Source: a virus. Taken from it: 64,000 nucleotides of DNA. The stretch is from positions 23,413 to 87,412 of the IMG/VR virus record IMGVR_UViG_3300028840_005080. One strand, written 5' to 3'. Under the pieces are notes generated by a model. The model was given only the letters and a program-made list of their open reading frames with translations. It made no database searches and was not told the origin of the DNA. Below, one piece after another: positions 38,829 to 47,913 of the stretch (its first letter is position 1; each line of letters starts with the position of its first letter). The translations under genes and the position numbers were made by a program.

Positions 38829-40334
38829 TTACGATGTTGTCCCCATCAATCTCCATCTGTTTGCAATTGGATCGTGCCAAATTATACACGAATCATTCTC
38901 AGTTAAGGTCAACGTACCAGGCAACGCAAATCTGTTTACGGTTGTTGATGTTAGCTGTTCGTGTAACAGACGTATGTTGTTTGTGCTTATATTTATAAGG
39001 TGTATTTTTTTATTGGCCTGTTTTGCAATTCCGTTAATATCGACATTTGTCGTTGTATCTATTCTGATTATCCTTGCCGATGCCAATCCCGTTGGGTTCC
39101 AATCGTCCTGATCAGCGCTTAAAGCCGCCGGGGATATATACGATGATATGTATTCATCCTGAAAATCAAATGTTCTGTCAAGATCAAGGCGTGATTGATC
39201 TTCAACCCACGTAAACGTTGCATCATCGTTGAACCCGTTAAATGACAATGTGTAATCTATGTTAAATAGCCCTCGGCCGATTATCAGGTTTTTCCCTGAT
39301 ATTATGTTTGATCCGGTGGTCCTAATCTCCAATATGCCTGTTGAATCTGTTTCGAACGTTGAATATACAGAACCGCTATATCGGCTTCTCATTTGCGGCC
39401 CCGCTGTAGATATGAAATCCAATTTATTTAATGGGTTCGAGACACCAAATCCCACATCACCGTCCGTGTCAACAACGATAGAACTGGCAGGGGTTCCAGC
39501 CAGAAATGTCAATACGTTCGCGCCCCCTGTGACATCTCTGACGACGAACGCCTCAGCTGAATTCAAACCGAAATTCCATGTTCTATCTGTATTTGCAAGC
39601 TCCAGGTTAAACGCCGCCCCGTCGTTTTTTTCTGCCCGAAACGCAGTCGTACCAGTTGTGTATATGTGTAGCGTTCTCGTCGGGTCGATATTTATTCCAA
39701 TAGCATTGGAAGGCGCATCAACCCTTAAAACCGTATTTTCAACCCATGCGCTCCCATTCCAAAACAACGTATTTTGTGTCGCCGTGCCATCGGCTATCAA
39801 CACGTTGGCCGTCGCCGCCGTCACGCGTCCGAAGGAGTCAACAGTAATATCCGCGCTCGTGTATGATCCCGGGGTCACACCTGACGTAGCCATACCGATT
39901 GTCATTGACGGAAGCGCCAATGTTCCACCGCCTGTAATCGGTGATGTGACGTTCACCTGAAACGCCTCACAAGCTATTTGACACGCGTCACCGTTCGGAT
40001 CGTATACCGACGTGTACATGTCACCTCCGCCAGCGCCATTTGTTGCTGCTGTTATTTGCCCTTGCGCATTAACGCTGATATTTGCAGATGTATAATCTCC
40101 GGGCGTTACAGTTGTATTTGAAATATCTATTGTTCTATCAGCGGACAAATCGCCTCCGCCTTCAAGCCCGATTCCGGCTATTATTTGACGTGATTCTGAA
40201 ACACCGCTTGATTCCTGAACATAATCAAAAGCATTTGTGTATGGATTGAAAACCGTTTTATATGGCTGTGCATCGCTTTTTTGCGCGATACATACAAACG
40301 CAATCAATATCGATATGTAGAATATCTTTTTCAT
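38829..40334 (-). CDS. Fibre-like beta protein with N-terminal signal peptide
   Basis: Repeated VTPGxYTSAxIxVxxxGxxTAAT units, GLEGGGDLSADRTI, VGFGVSNP; GC content higher than the flanks. Confidence 0.7.
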   Translation of the reverse strand: MKKIFYISILIAFVCIAQKSDAQPYKTVFNPYTNAFDYVQESSGVSESRQIIAGIGLEGGGDLSADRTIDISNTTVTPGDYTSANISVNAQGQITAATNGAGGGDMYTSVYDPNGDACQIACEAFQVNVTSPITGGGTLALPSMTIGMATSGVTPGSYTSADITVDSFGRVTAATANVLIADGTATQNTLFWNGSAWVENTVLRVDAPSNAIGINIDPTRTLHIYTTGTTAFRAEKNDGAAFNLELANTDRTWNFGLNSAEAFVVRDVTGGANVLTFLAGTPASSIVVDTDGDVGFGVSNPLNKLDFISTAGPQMRSRYSGSVYSTFETDSTGILEIRTTGSNIISGKNLIIGRGLFNIDYTLSFNGFNDDATFTWVEDQSRLDLDRTFDFQDEYISSYISPAALSADQDDWNPTGLASARIIRIDTTTNVDINGIAKQANKKIHLINISTNNIRLLHEQLTSTTVNRFALPGTLTLTENDSCIIWHDPIANRWRLMGTTS

Positions 40335-40591
40335 TTTATATATTCCTGCCTACTACCAAGCGAATCTTTTTCTATGTGTACATCGAATTCAATTATGTAT
40401 TCAGTCAATGAACTCGGATCAACACCCGCAAAAAGAACGCTATCATTAGATACATCTCTGAAAATAGCAAAATGGATACAGCAACTCATGCTTGTAATAG
40501 TATAAAAACAGATTCCATCATCCATCGATAATATATTCAAGAGCATCATAATCATCAGCTTTATGAACAAAGTCATTATTTCCATTTGCAA
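40331..40591 (-). CDS. Hypothetical protein
   Basis: Fills the gap; probable start MDDGIC at ~40525. Confidence 0.4.
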   Translation of the reverse strand: MQMEIMTLFIKLMIMMLLNILSMDDGICFYTITSMSCCIHFAIFRDVSNDSVLFAGVDPSSLTEYIIEFDVHIEKDSLGSRQEYIK

Positions 40592-40805
40592 ATATTTTTT
40601 CTATGACATTATTATTACCGTCATAAATAAACTTTACTATTTGCCATAAATAATCAGATAATCTTGTTTTTCTTCCTTCCCTTACATTCCAAGGCTTTGA
40701 AACCAAGACATATTCAACAAGATTATTTGCGTTATATTTGTAAACATATTGCAAATCATCTCTTATTTGAGGATTTTTATCAATATTGTTATGCCATTGA
40801 CTCAT
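40518..40805 (-). CDS. Hypothetical virion-associated protein
   Basis: WQIVKFIYDGNNNV..FANGN..F motif, typical of genes preceding fibres. Confidence 0.6.
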   Translation of the reverse strand: MSQWHNNIDKNPQIRDDLQYVYKYNANNLVEYVLVSKPWNVREGRKTRLSDYLWQIVKFIYDGNNNVIEKIFANGNNDFVHKADDYDALEYIIDG

Positions 40806-40807
40806 TA

Positions 40808-41482
40808 TTATGCCCTCACCATTTTTTCTATTTTTACAATTTTGAACCTGCTTGCATACGTTTCAAGAATAAATTTATCATCCGCAGCAAAATCAATACT
40901 ACCTGAATTAATAGTTACATAAAAAGGAAATTTTACCCAATCTGCCCAATCATTTTCAGGATATCTGATATCAATTGTTAGCGTTGGCAATGCCCCTGTT
41001 TTTGTTCCGTTTACTGAAAATTGATTATTTGAATTTGCTGTAAAAAGCCATATTTCAGTTTTTGTAAATTCTTCGTTTAACGAATGAACCGTCATAGTTC
41101 CATTTCCAGTATTCTCACTACCTGCTTCCGGAACATTTGCGGAAGAATCAAACTGCATATTTTCAAGGGCTTTTATGGCATCTTCATATTTGGGTTGCCA
41201 TTCGGATTGATTCAGAGTTTCTTGGACATGACTATCCCTAATCAGATATGAAAAAACCAAATCAATTTCAATCTCTTTCAAAGCTGGGATATGTGTTGCC
41301 GGAATTGCTGTTTTTCCACGGAGTTTGTCATTAATGAAGTTATACGCTTTTGTTCGCGCACTTTCCATCAACGTATCTTTTTCAGCTTGAGACAATCCGG
41401 ATATGAAAAATCCTAATTGCGGATCATCAATCGAGATTCCGTTTAAAAGCGTCAAATCCGAATTTGTTGAGTACGTAGCCAT
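40808..41482 (-). CDS. Head-tail adaptor with C-terminal extension
   Basis: MATYST..DL; AYNFINDKLRG...IP...LKEIEIDL...YEDAIKALE. Confidence 0.7.
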   Translation of the reverse strand: MATYSTNSDLTLLNGISIDDPQLGFFISGLSQAEKDTLMESARTKAYNFINDKLRGKTAIPATHIPALKEIEIDLVFSYLIRDSHVQETLNQSEWQPKYEDAIKALENMQFDSSANVPEAGSENTGNGTMTVHSLNEEFTKTEIWLFTANSNNQFSVNGTKTGALPTLTIDIRYPENDWADWVKFPFYVTINSGSIDFAADDKFILETYASRFKIVKIEKMVRA

Positions 41483-41492
41483 TATATTTCCT

Positions 41493-41556
41493 ACAATTTT
41501 GTAATTTCTTTAAGGAAATATAACAGTAAAGAGGATTATTAAAAAGTTAAAAATTA
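41493..41556 (-). promoter_or_regulatory. Phage-specific promoter, copy 3 (neck/tail operon)
   Basis: TAATTTTTAACTTTTTAATAA plus TGT-TATATT plus ATTACAAAATTGT. Confidence 0.75.
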
Positions 41557-41572
41557 AAGAATGGATTATATG

Positions 41573-41605
41573 AAAAAAGAGATATGAAAAAATTCATATC
41601 TCTTT
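41573..41605 (-). terminator. Intrinsic terminator
   Basis: AAAGAGATATGAA/TTCATATCTCTTT stem ending in a U run. Confidence 0.7.
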
Positions 41606-41616
41606 ACTATAAAACG

Positions 41617-41763
41617 TCAAGTTTTTTTATTTCTGTTTCTCCACTTATTCATACATGCTGCTATTCTTTGTTCGCGAGTCAGCGACCCTGACTTTGTTTC
41701 TGTCATTCATCTTCGTATATAATTTTGTTGTTTCTCGTTTTTTCTTGGCTTTGGCAAAGGCAT
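41617..41763 (-). CDS. Candidate selenoprotein, 48 aa (in-frame UGA at 41709-41707)
   Basis: GGAGG-N7-ATG; MPLPKPRKNEKQQNYIRR-U-MTETKSGSLTREQRIAACMNKWRNRNKKT*; SECIS-like hairpin directly downstream of the UGA. Confidence 0.6.
41677..41693 (-). promoter_or_regulatory. Candidate bacterial SECIS element
   Basis: AGUCAG-GGUCG-CUGACU; the loop begins 19 nt after the UGA. Confidence 0.55.
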
Positions 41764-41886
41764 TATTTATCCTCCGTTTCGTATTCTTTTTTATGTTTTT
41801 CTTTTCTCATATACCATTTTATCTTTTCTTTAATTTGCTGATTCTTTTTGGTTGTTTTATGATCATCTTTTTTTGACATAAAAATA

Positions 41887-42594
41887 CTATTCCTCTTTCA
41901 TGCATCTTATTTTTGCAAGTTTTTCAACATACCCATAAAGATGAAGCCCTTTTGATTCTACTATCATTTCTCCGTCATCAACACTTATTTCACTTGCCAT
42001 ATATTCTTTTAACTCTTGGATTGCCGCAAGATTGGCTGGCATACCTCCCCACAAATCCCATGATCTGAAATAGACAAAAAAATGTAATTTGTCATTTTGA
42101 ATCCTTGTGTCAATATGGCGTAAACACGGAGGGTCTTTTAAAATCAAATCTCTTGGTTGTGCTATTTGCAAAATCATTTGATTATTTCTATATCCGTAAT
42201 TTTTGTAAGTATCAATAATATATTTGATTTGGTCCAAAAAACAATCGCTTAAATCAACACTTGTAAGTCTTTCTCCGTATGTGTATGATTCATCTTCTTC
42301 TTTTAGAGACGTCATTAAGTATTCGATATAAGATCTTGAATAATTTTCGCCACCATATACATAATCATACTCAACAGGATTAGGGATTCCAAGATGATCA
42401 GGTATTCCTGGCAATTTTGGTTCTATTCTGGGATATTTTACATGACCGATAAAATAATCATATTCAAGACGTGTCTGGCCTTCATATGAACCTCTGTTTA
42501 TTTTGAATCTTCTTCCATTATTCAAAATATCATAAACAGCTTGAAACCACAGATCTGGCAAATCTCTTGCTTCTATTTTGTGAATTTTGATCAT
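41887..42594 (-). CDS. thyA: Thymidylate synthase family protein (short, archaeal-like ThyA)
   Basis: YTYGERL, DPPCLRHID, FRSWDLWGGMPANL and GLHLY. Asn at the specificity position implies a dUMP substrate. Confidence 0.85.
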   Translation of the reverse strand: MIKIHKIEARDLPDLWFQAVYDILNNGRRFKINRGSYEGQTRLEYDYFIGHVKYPRIEPKLPGIPDHLGIPNPVEYDYVYGGENYSRSYIEYLMTSLKEEDESYTYGERLTSVDLSDCFLDQIKYIIDTYKNYGYRNNQMILQIAQPRDLILKDPPCLRHIDTRIQNDKLHFFVYFRSWDLWGGMPANLAAIQELKEYMASEISVDDGEMIVESKGLHLYGYVEKLAKIRCMKEE

Positions 42595-43808
42595 TTATAA
42601 ATTTTCCAAACTGCTCTTTTCGATCTGTCTTCGGTAAATTCTATAAATTCAAAATCATAGTTATATTTTCTGAATTTGTCTTCAATTTCCTTCGCTTGAT
42701 CGGATTTTCTATTTTGTATCGCATTACTTTCTACATAACAAATATCCCAATCAAACGATTTTAGTAATTCGAATAATTTTTCTCCGACATGTTTATATAA
42801 CGAAAGCGCAAATACTATATCAATTTTTCTGTCAAATTTTAAATTATCTTTTGTTATGTCGAATTCGAGAAAATTGATATTCATTGCATTATATCTCGCC
42901 AAATCTCTTGCACAATCAATATAATCAAATTCGTTATCATATCCGTGTAACAATCTTGATCCCCTGTTCCAACACTCGGTTAAAACAGAGCCAAGTTGAC
43001 ACCCAAGATCAACTATCGATTTTTCGGAAAGATTTTTGTCAATTTTCATTTGATCAAATCTGTAAAGTGTATCTCTTGATCCGGCTTGCCATTTGCCGTC
43101 TATAAAATACGTTTGATAGTTTTGTTTTCTATTTTTATGTGGAAATTGTGTGAGTTTTTTTATTCTATCTTCCAATAATTCCTTGCTTTGTTTATATTCA
43201 AATGATTCTCTCCATTTTTTTCTAAACCATGAATCAGAATAATTCAGATACATCATATCCCATATTGTTCGACGTACATCTATCAAACACCCGTTAACAA
43301 TATTTTTTTCTTTTATTATGTCTCCGATTGTTCTTTTTGACGGGATTTTAATTCTGACATTTTTCATTATATAATCAAGATTAAAATTTCCGTTTTCTGA
43401 TTTATTAGCATCATCCATAAAATATCCGTATCTTCCTTTACAGTCGCAATATTTGTAACCATATGGGAAGTCAGATACAAAGTTTTCAATATAAAATGAT
43501 TCTCCGATTTTTGGAGAACATCGGTTTTTTTGAAGATATTTCAAGATTTCGTATTCCGATATGATTGATTTTTGACTCTCGAAATCAAAATGTTTTTCAG
43601 AATTATTGAAAGTTCCGGTTTTGATTGATTCTTTGTTTAGCCCTTTTCTCCAATCATGATAAGGCTCTATTTTCCCATTAAAGGAATTAATTATTTTCAT
43701 TCCTAATTCCGGAATCCATAATGCGTGTTTTCCAATTACGATATCATATTTGTTATTTAATATGTCTATTTTATTATTTTTGATTTCTGCTTTTTTAATT
43801 ATTTTCAT
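42591..43808 (-). CDS. Kinase-like domain fused to class I SAM methyltransferase
   Basis: N-terminal GMKII..EYEILKYL..SPKI..GDIIKEKNIVNGCLID; C-terminal IVDLGCQLG..GYD..DIVFALSLYKH. Confidence 0.7.
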   Translation of the reverse strand: MKIIKKAEIKNNKIDILNNKYDIVIGKHALWIPELGMKIINSFNGKIEPYHDWRKGLNKESIKTGTFNNSEKHFDFESQKSIISEYEILKYLQKNRCSPKIGESFYIENFVSDFPYGYKYCDCKGRYGYFMDDANKSENGNFNLDYIMKNVRIKIPSKRTIGDIIKEKNIVNGCLIDVRRTIWDMMYLNYSDSWFRKKWRESFEYKQSKELLEDRIKKLTQFPHKNRKQNYQTYFIDGKWQAGSRDTLYRFDQMKIDKNLSEKSIVDLGCQLGSVLTECWNRGSRLLHGYDNEFDYIDCARDLARYNAMNINFLEFDITKDNLKFDRKIDIVFALSLYKHVGEKLFELLKSFDWDICYVESNAIQNRKSDQAKEIEDKFRKYNYDFEFIEFTEDRSKRAVWKIYK

Positions 43809-43836
43809 TTTTTCTCTTTCGTATTATTATTTATAA

Positions 43837-43865
43837 AAAATATATTAAAATAAAAAATTTGTCAA
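43837..43865 (-). promoter_or_regulatory. Sigma70-like promoter
   Basis: TTGACA-N17-TATTTT. Confidence 0.65.
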
Positions 43866-43874
43866 TATAGATAT

Positions 43875-43911
43875 AAAAAAAAGAGATGTCTAAAAACATC
43901 TCTTTTTTTTT
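43875..43911. terminator. Bidirectional intrinsic terminator
   Basis: A-run GAGATGT..ACATCTC T-run. Confidence 0.75.
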
Positions 43912-43915
43912 GAAT

Positions 43916-44647
43916 TTATATATATTTTTGTAAATCTTTTTTTATAATATAAGGTTTTTTGTATTTTTTCATAATAAGAATGATATTCTTACCAAATTGT
44001 TGCCAATCTATTTCTTTTGATATTGGATGATGATTCATTTTTCCTACTTTATAAAAATCTGTAAATTTATACGTTTTTTCAATAAGTCTATAAACTGCTT
44101 CCGGATTAAAAACAGGCTCGAACGATACCCATGTTTTTAAGCCAAAATCTCTTTTTGCGATTAATAACGATTCGATTCTTTCATTTGGAAAACTGGCTTT
44201 TGGCTCCCACTTTAATGATTCCGAGTCTGAGTCTGTTGTCAATGTAACCGCAAACTCATTTGTTTTATTTTTTTTTAAAACGTCAAAATCTCTTGTCGCA
44301 AGGAGGCCGCCTTTTGTTAATATTGAAACACTTAAATTATATTCTGAAAATATTTCAAGCGCACGTTTTGTTATTTCCAATTCTTTTTCGATTGGTTGAT
44401 AACAATCAGACGTGAAAGATAACAATATATTTGTATTTGTATTTGTATTTATTTTTTTGCAATTATTTTTAAGTTTTTTTATAATATCTTTTCTTGGCGT
44501 AGATTGTGAATAAAATGCTTCTCTTTTAACGAAAGTTGCAGATGGTGCATAACAATATACGCATCCATGCTCGCACCCTTTATAAAGATTACATGCCAAT
44601 CCCGCATATTCTTTCGCCTTCCCTTTTGGTTCATAAATAACATTCAT
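43916..44647 (-). CDS. Radical SAM protein (SplB/spore-photoproduct-lyase-like family)
   Basis: NLYKGCEHGCVYCYA (CxxxCxxC), SDCYQPIE, ILTK, WEP, WVSFEP. Confidence 0.9.
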   Translation of the reverse strand: MNVIYEPKGKAKEYAGLACNLYKGCEHGCVYCYAPSATFVKREAFYSQSTPRKDIIKKLKNNCKKINTNTNTNILLSFTSDCYQPIEKELEITKRALEIFSEYNLSVSILTKGGLLATRDFDVLKKNKTNEFAVTLTTDSDSESLKWEPKASFPNERIESLLIAKRDFGLKTWVSFEPVFNPEAVYRLIEKTYKFTDFYKVGKMNHHPISKEIDWQQFGKNIILIMKKYKKPYIIKKDLQKYI

Positions 44648-44680
44648 TTCCCTCTCCTTTGTTAATTGTTTTCTAAATAT

Positions 44681-44709
44681 AGAATAATAATATTTTTCTT
44701 ATTTGTCAA
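44681..44709 (-). promoter_or_regulatory. Sigma70-like promoter for the radical SAM gene
   Basis: TTGACA-N17-TATTCT. Confidence 0.65.
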
Positions 44710-44712
44710 GGG

Positions 44713-45267
44713 TTATTTGAAACAGAATCGGAATGTTCCATATATTTTTTTTTGTTCGGGTTGATAATATTTTATTTTTTTGACTTGCGTTAATGATAGA
44801 TATTGGAAAAACCTATCATTATTATAAAATAAAGTAGGGCATTCGTTTATCATTTCATTGGAAAAACCAATTTTATTTAGCATATTTTTCGGAAGGGCGC
44901 CATATAATGACCTAATAGCTGTGAAAAACACAATTCCAGTATACTTTTTATTGTATAATATTTCACATTGTTTGAACGGGATGCCATAAGAATCGAGATC
45001 TATTATATCAAATATGTTTAAATTTTCCATGCCAAGTAAATATTTTATATTATCACCGATTATTTTTGCATGTTTGTTATCTTTTTTATCTATGCCGATT
45101 ACATTTATATTTTTATTTTTATTTATTTTTATTATTTCTTTCCACAAAAAACCATTGCCATAAAAACAATCCAATACACAAATATTTTTTTTATTTGGTA
45201 AAAAATCGTTTCTTAATCTTTTTTTGATATCGAAATTTGAATTATCTGTTTTTTTAATTTGAGCCAT
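44713..45267 (-). CDS. SAM-dependent methyltransferase-like protein
   Basis: VLDCFYGNGFLW, GID and FDIIDLDSYGIP. Confidence 0.75.
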   Translation of the reverse strand: MAQIKKTDNSNFDIKKRLRNDFLPNKKNICVLDCFYGNGFLWKEIIKINKNKNINVIGIDKKDNKHAKIIGDNIKYLLGMENLNIFDIIDLDSYGIPFKQCEILYNKKYTGIVFFTAIRSLYGALPKNMLNKIGFSNEMINECPTLFYNNDRFFQYLSLTQVKKIKYYQPEQKKIYGTFRFCFK

Positions 45268-45781
45268 AAGTTATCTCAATATCTTGCTTCGTTTCTGCAT
45301 AAGTTATTATGTCCGACATATCTTCTATTTTATCAACTGGTAACGATATCAATAAATGCAATTTTTTATATGGAATAAGATCTTTTTCTTTTATTGCGTT
45401 GTTATTTTCTTCGTTTTTATTGTTAAAACCAATAATGTTGATATTGTTTAATTCTGATATAAGATAATTTAATTCGTTTTCATCTGCTTCAGATAAAAAT
45501 GGCAAAGAGTTATCCGCTATCAATAATTCTATCGCTTCTTCTTTGTTTAGATGTGACACATCATTGACGAATAATGTTTTATAATCCTTTCTTTTTGCTG
45601 CTTCAACCAAACCGTTTCCGGCTATTACCTGATTATCCTTCCAAATTACAATATTTTTATATTGCAAGAATTTTTCTAACGATTTTTCAAGCTCTCTTAT
45701 TTGATTTTCCGGATGTTTGTTGTAATTAGAAAAATCATAAGGTTCCTTTAGTTCTGATATATCAATTTCTTTAAGTTTCAT
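45254..45781 (-). CDS. ParB/Srx N-terminal domain protein (no obvious HTH)
   Basis: IDISELK..N..HPENQIREL..SLEKF..IVI..VIAGNGLVEAAK..LLIADN. Confidence 0.85.
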   Translation of the reverse strand: MKLKEIDISELKEPYDFSNYNKHPENQIRELEKSLEKFLQYKNIVIWKDNQVIAGNGLVEAAKRKDYKTLFVNDVSHLNKEEAIELLIADNSLPFLSEADENELNYLISELNNINIIGFNNKNEENNNAIKEKDLIPYKKLHLLISLPVDKIEDMSDIITYAETKQDIEITYGSN

Positions 45782-45783
45782 TT

Positions 45784-46731
45784 CTAATCCAAATAAATAT
45801 TTTGTAGTTTTTTACCATCAAAAAAATCCAGTATCATCCGTAATCGTTCTTTTGTTGAGTGATATTTTTGGCAAAACTCAAATCCTTTTTCGCGTATGCA
45901 TTTTTTATCATTGAATTGATTGAATTTTCTAATAAAAACATCAACATTGCCAAGCTCATAAGGAACATAATGAATATAGTCCCGAAAAAAACTTTGTATA
46001 TTTTTATGATTTTCATGAAAATAAATAGCTCCGGCACCTATGTATTGAAACGGACGGACGTCCAAATAAAGATCGATATCGCTCCCCATTTGTGTTCCAA
46101 GAATTCCTTTTGCGGATGATGAAACTACAGGAGTAATGAACATAGAATTCCCGTATTTTTTATCAGGATATGTTTTTATTTGAATTCTTTTTGACAATTG
46201 TTTTAAAAATTCTTTTCTTTGTTTGTGGTGTTCCCCGAAGTCAAGACTGCCTGTAAACACAATATCGGCTTTGAAACGATCTTGTTTATCGGCTATATCT
46301 TTTTGATACATACATCCATAAGGCCAGTGAATTGCAGGTATTTTCCATAATTCAGAAAAACCCTTGTGTTCGGCGTGATTCACAAGTCCCAAATCGCATA
46401 TGTCAGAAATATTATGTGGAAATCTTGGTTTTTTTCTGGCATCTCCGCAATGATATACTATTTTTGTTCCCCATTTTTTTCTTGTATCTCTTAGGATTTG
46501 AAATAAATCATCTCTGTTCCATGGCTTTTTATCAAAAATACAATGGCAAAGAAGAATATCAGGCTTATAAAAATCAATTTGGTTTTTTAGATAAGTCAGA
46601 TCGGATTGTGGTAACAAGGGAATTGGAAACGCCGAACATCCGCATCTTATAGCTCCTTCAAGCACGCCTATATTAAAATAACTCGGATATGTTGTGTATT
46701 TACCAAGTATTGCTATCCTAATTTGTTTCAT
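45784..46731 (-). CDS. GT-B glycosyltransferase (CgeB-like)
   Basis: KPDILL, DIVFTGS..RKEFL, RPFQYIGAGA, IREKGFEFCQKYHSTKERL. Confidence 0.8.
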   Translation of the reverse strand: MKQIRIAILGKYTTYPSYFNIGVLEGAIRCGCSAFPIPLLPQSDLTYLKNQIDFYKPDILLCHCIFDKKPWNRDDLFQILRDTRKKWGTKIVYHCGDARKKPRFPHNISDICDLGLVNHAEHKGFSELWKIPAIHWPYGCMYQKDIADKQDRFKADIVFTGSLDFGEHHKQRKEFLKQLSKRIQIKTYPDKKYGNSMFITPVVSSSAKGILGTQMGSDIDLYLDVRPFQYIGAGAIYFHENHKNIQSFFRDYIHYVPYELGNVDVFIRKFNQFNDKKCIREKGFEFCQKYHSTKERLRMILDFFDGKKLQNIYLD

Positions 46732-46873
46732 TCTTTTCTTTCAAATTTTTCACATGAATCACGCCAGATTTTTATATCCCAAGTATAAAAACATCTTCTT
46801 ACAGCATATCCATTATCAGAATATTTTATCCAATGTTTGCAATAAACGCATATTTTTGTCGGATTTTTCATAT

Positions 46874-47434
46874 TTATTCATTTTTAATATCCAATTCAAA
46901 ACAAAACCCAAGCCCGTATGATGGCAGTACTATAAACTCTTCTTTATTGACTTCTTTTATATAATCTTCGTTGCCTGTTTTAAATCTTACAAAATATTTT
47001 TTATTTATTAAATTAATATGATCATGAAAATCAAATATATTAAGAAATTCATTTGGGGGATAATGCCATGGATTTGGATGGTAATTTCCATTTGGCGTTG
47101 CGACAAAAATATATTTGTTGGATATAAAACAAATATCATCAATCCATCTGTTTAAAATATCAATAGTCACATGCTCAATAACATCGAAAGCCGTAACAAG
47201 ATCGTAACTATGATTAACAGATGCTGGCCAACATACATAATCAATGGTATTCATTAAGGCTCTGTTGATATCCTGCGTTTTTACATTTTCTGTTATTATT
47301 TTTAATCGTTCTTTTGCTTTTCCCCAACCCGAACCAACATCAAGAACAGAATTTATATTTTTATTTTTGAAATATTTACCTACAAACTCATGCCAAACTT
47401 TTTGCAGATCTTTTGGTGGTGTTTTTGTATACAT
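46874..47434 (-). CDS. Class I SAM methyltransferase
   Basis: SVLDVGSGWG, YDLVTAFDVIEHV and ATPN. Confidence 0.85.
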   Translation of the reverse strand: MYTKTPPKDLQKVWHEFVGKYFKNKNINSVLDVGSGWGKAKERLKIITENVKTQDINRALMNTIDYVCWPASVNHSYDLVTAFDVIEHVTIDILNRWIDDICFISNKYIFVATPNGNYHPNPWHYPPNEFLNIFDFHDHINLINKKYFVRFKTGNEDYIKEVNKEEFIVLPSYGLGFCFELDIKNE

Positions 47435-47743
47435 ATTTTCTTCTTATTTATCGCTTTTTATACCATTTCTTCGACGTTTGATTTTTTCAAGGATTTCATC
47501 TTTGTTAAGAAGTTTCATTCCATTATCTATTGCTTTTTTCGTAAAGTCAATAAGTTTTTGCTATTTTTTTTCTCGTTTATCTTCCATGTTCCAAATCAGA
47601 CTCATAAATCCAATCAAATTCATTATATTTCGGATCATCAAATCTTATTTTGTATTTATAATCAATTTCTGTAATCTTTTTCTCTTCTATTATTGTTCCT
47701 AATTCGTTATTTAAAAATTTTACCCTTACTTTGTTACCCACTG

Positions 47744-47911
47744 TCATTTTTTTCTTCCTATTTTTGGTTTGAATTCGTCACCAAGTTCATATACATACAT
47801 TCCCGATTTACAAAGAGGGCATTTTTTAATTTTTTTTGGTCGTTGTGTCTTTATAACAATTTCATTATCTGTATAAAAACATTGTGAACATTGCCAAGAG
47901 TAGCTTTTCAT
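47744..47911 (-). CDS. Small zinc-ribbon protein (FmdB-like), 55 aa
   Basis: Not in the track. MKSYSWQCSQC...KCPLCKSG. Confidence 0.55.
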   Translation of the reverse strand: MKSYSWQCSQCFYTDNEIVIKTQRPKKIKKCPLCKSGMYVYELGDEFKPKIGRKK

Positions 47912-47913
47912 AT

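Noticed and set aside
41887-42594. dCMP hydroxymethylase (T4 gp42-like) feeding DNA glucosylation
   Set aside because: The specificity residue is Asn (MPANL), indicating dUMP. A dUMP hydroxymethylase cannot be excluded, but plain ThyA is simpler.
45254-45781. Phage ParB as the cognate parS-binding partition protein
   Set aside because: Short ParB/Srx domain without an evident HTH, no adjacent parA, and coupled to an MTase-like gene.
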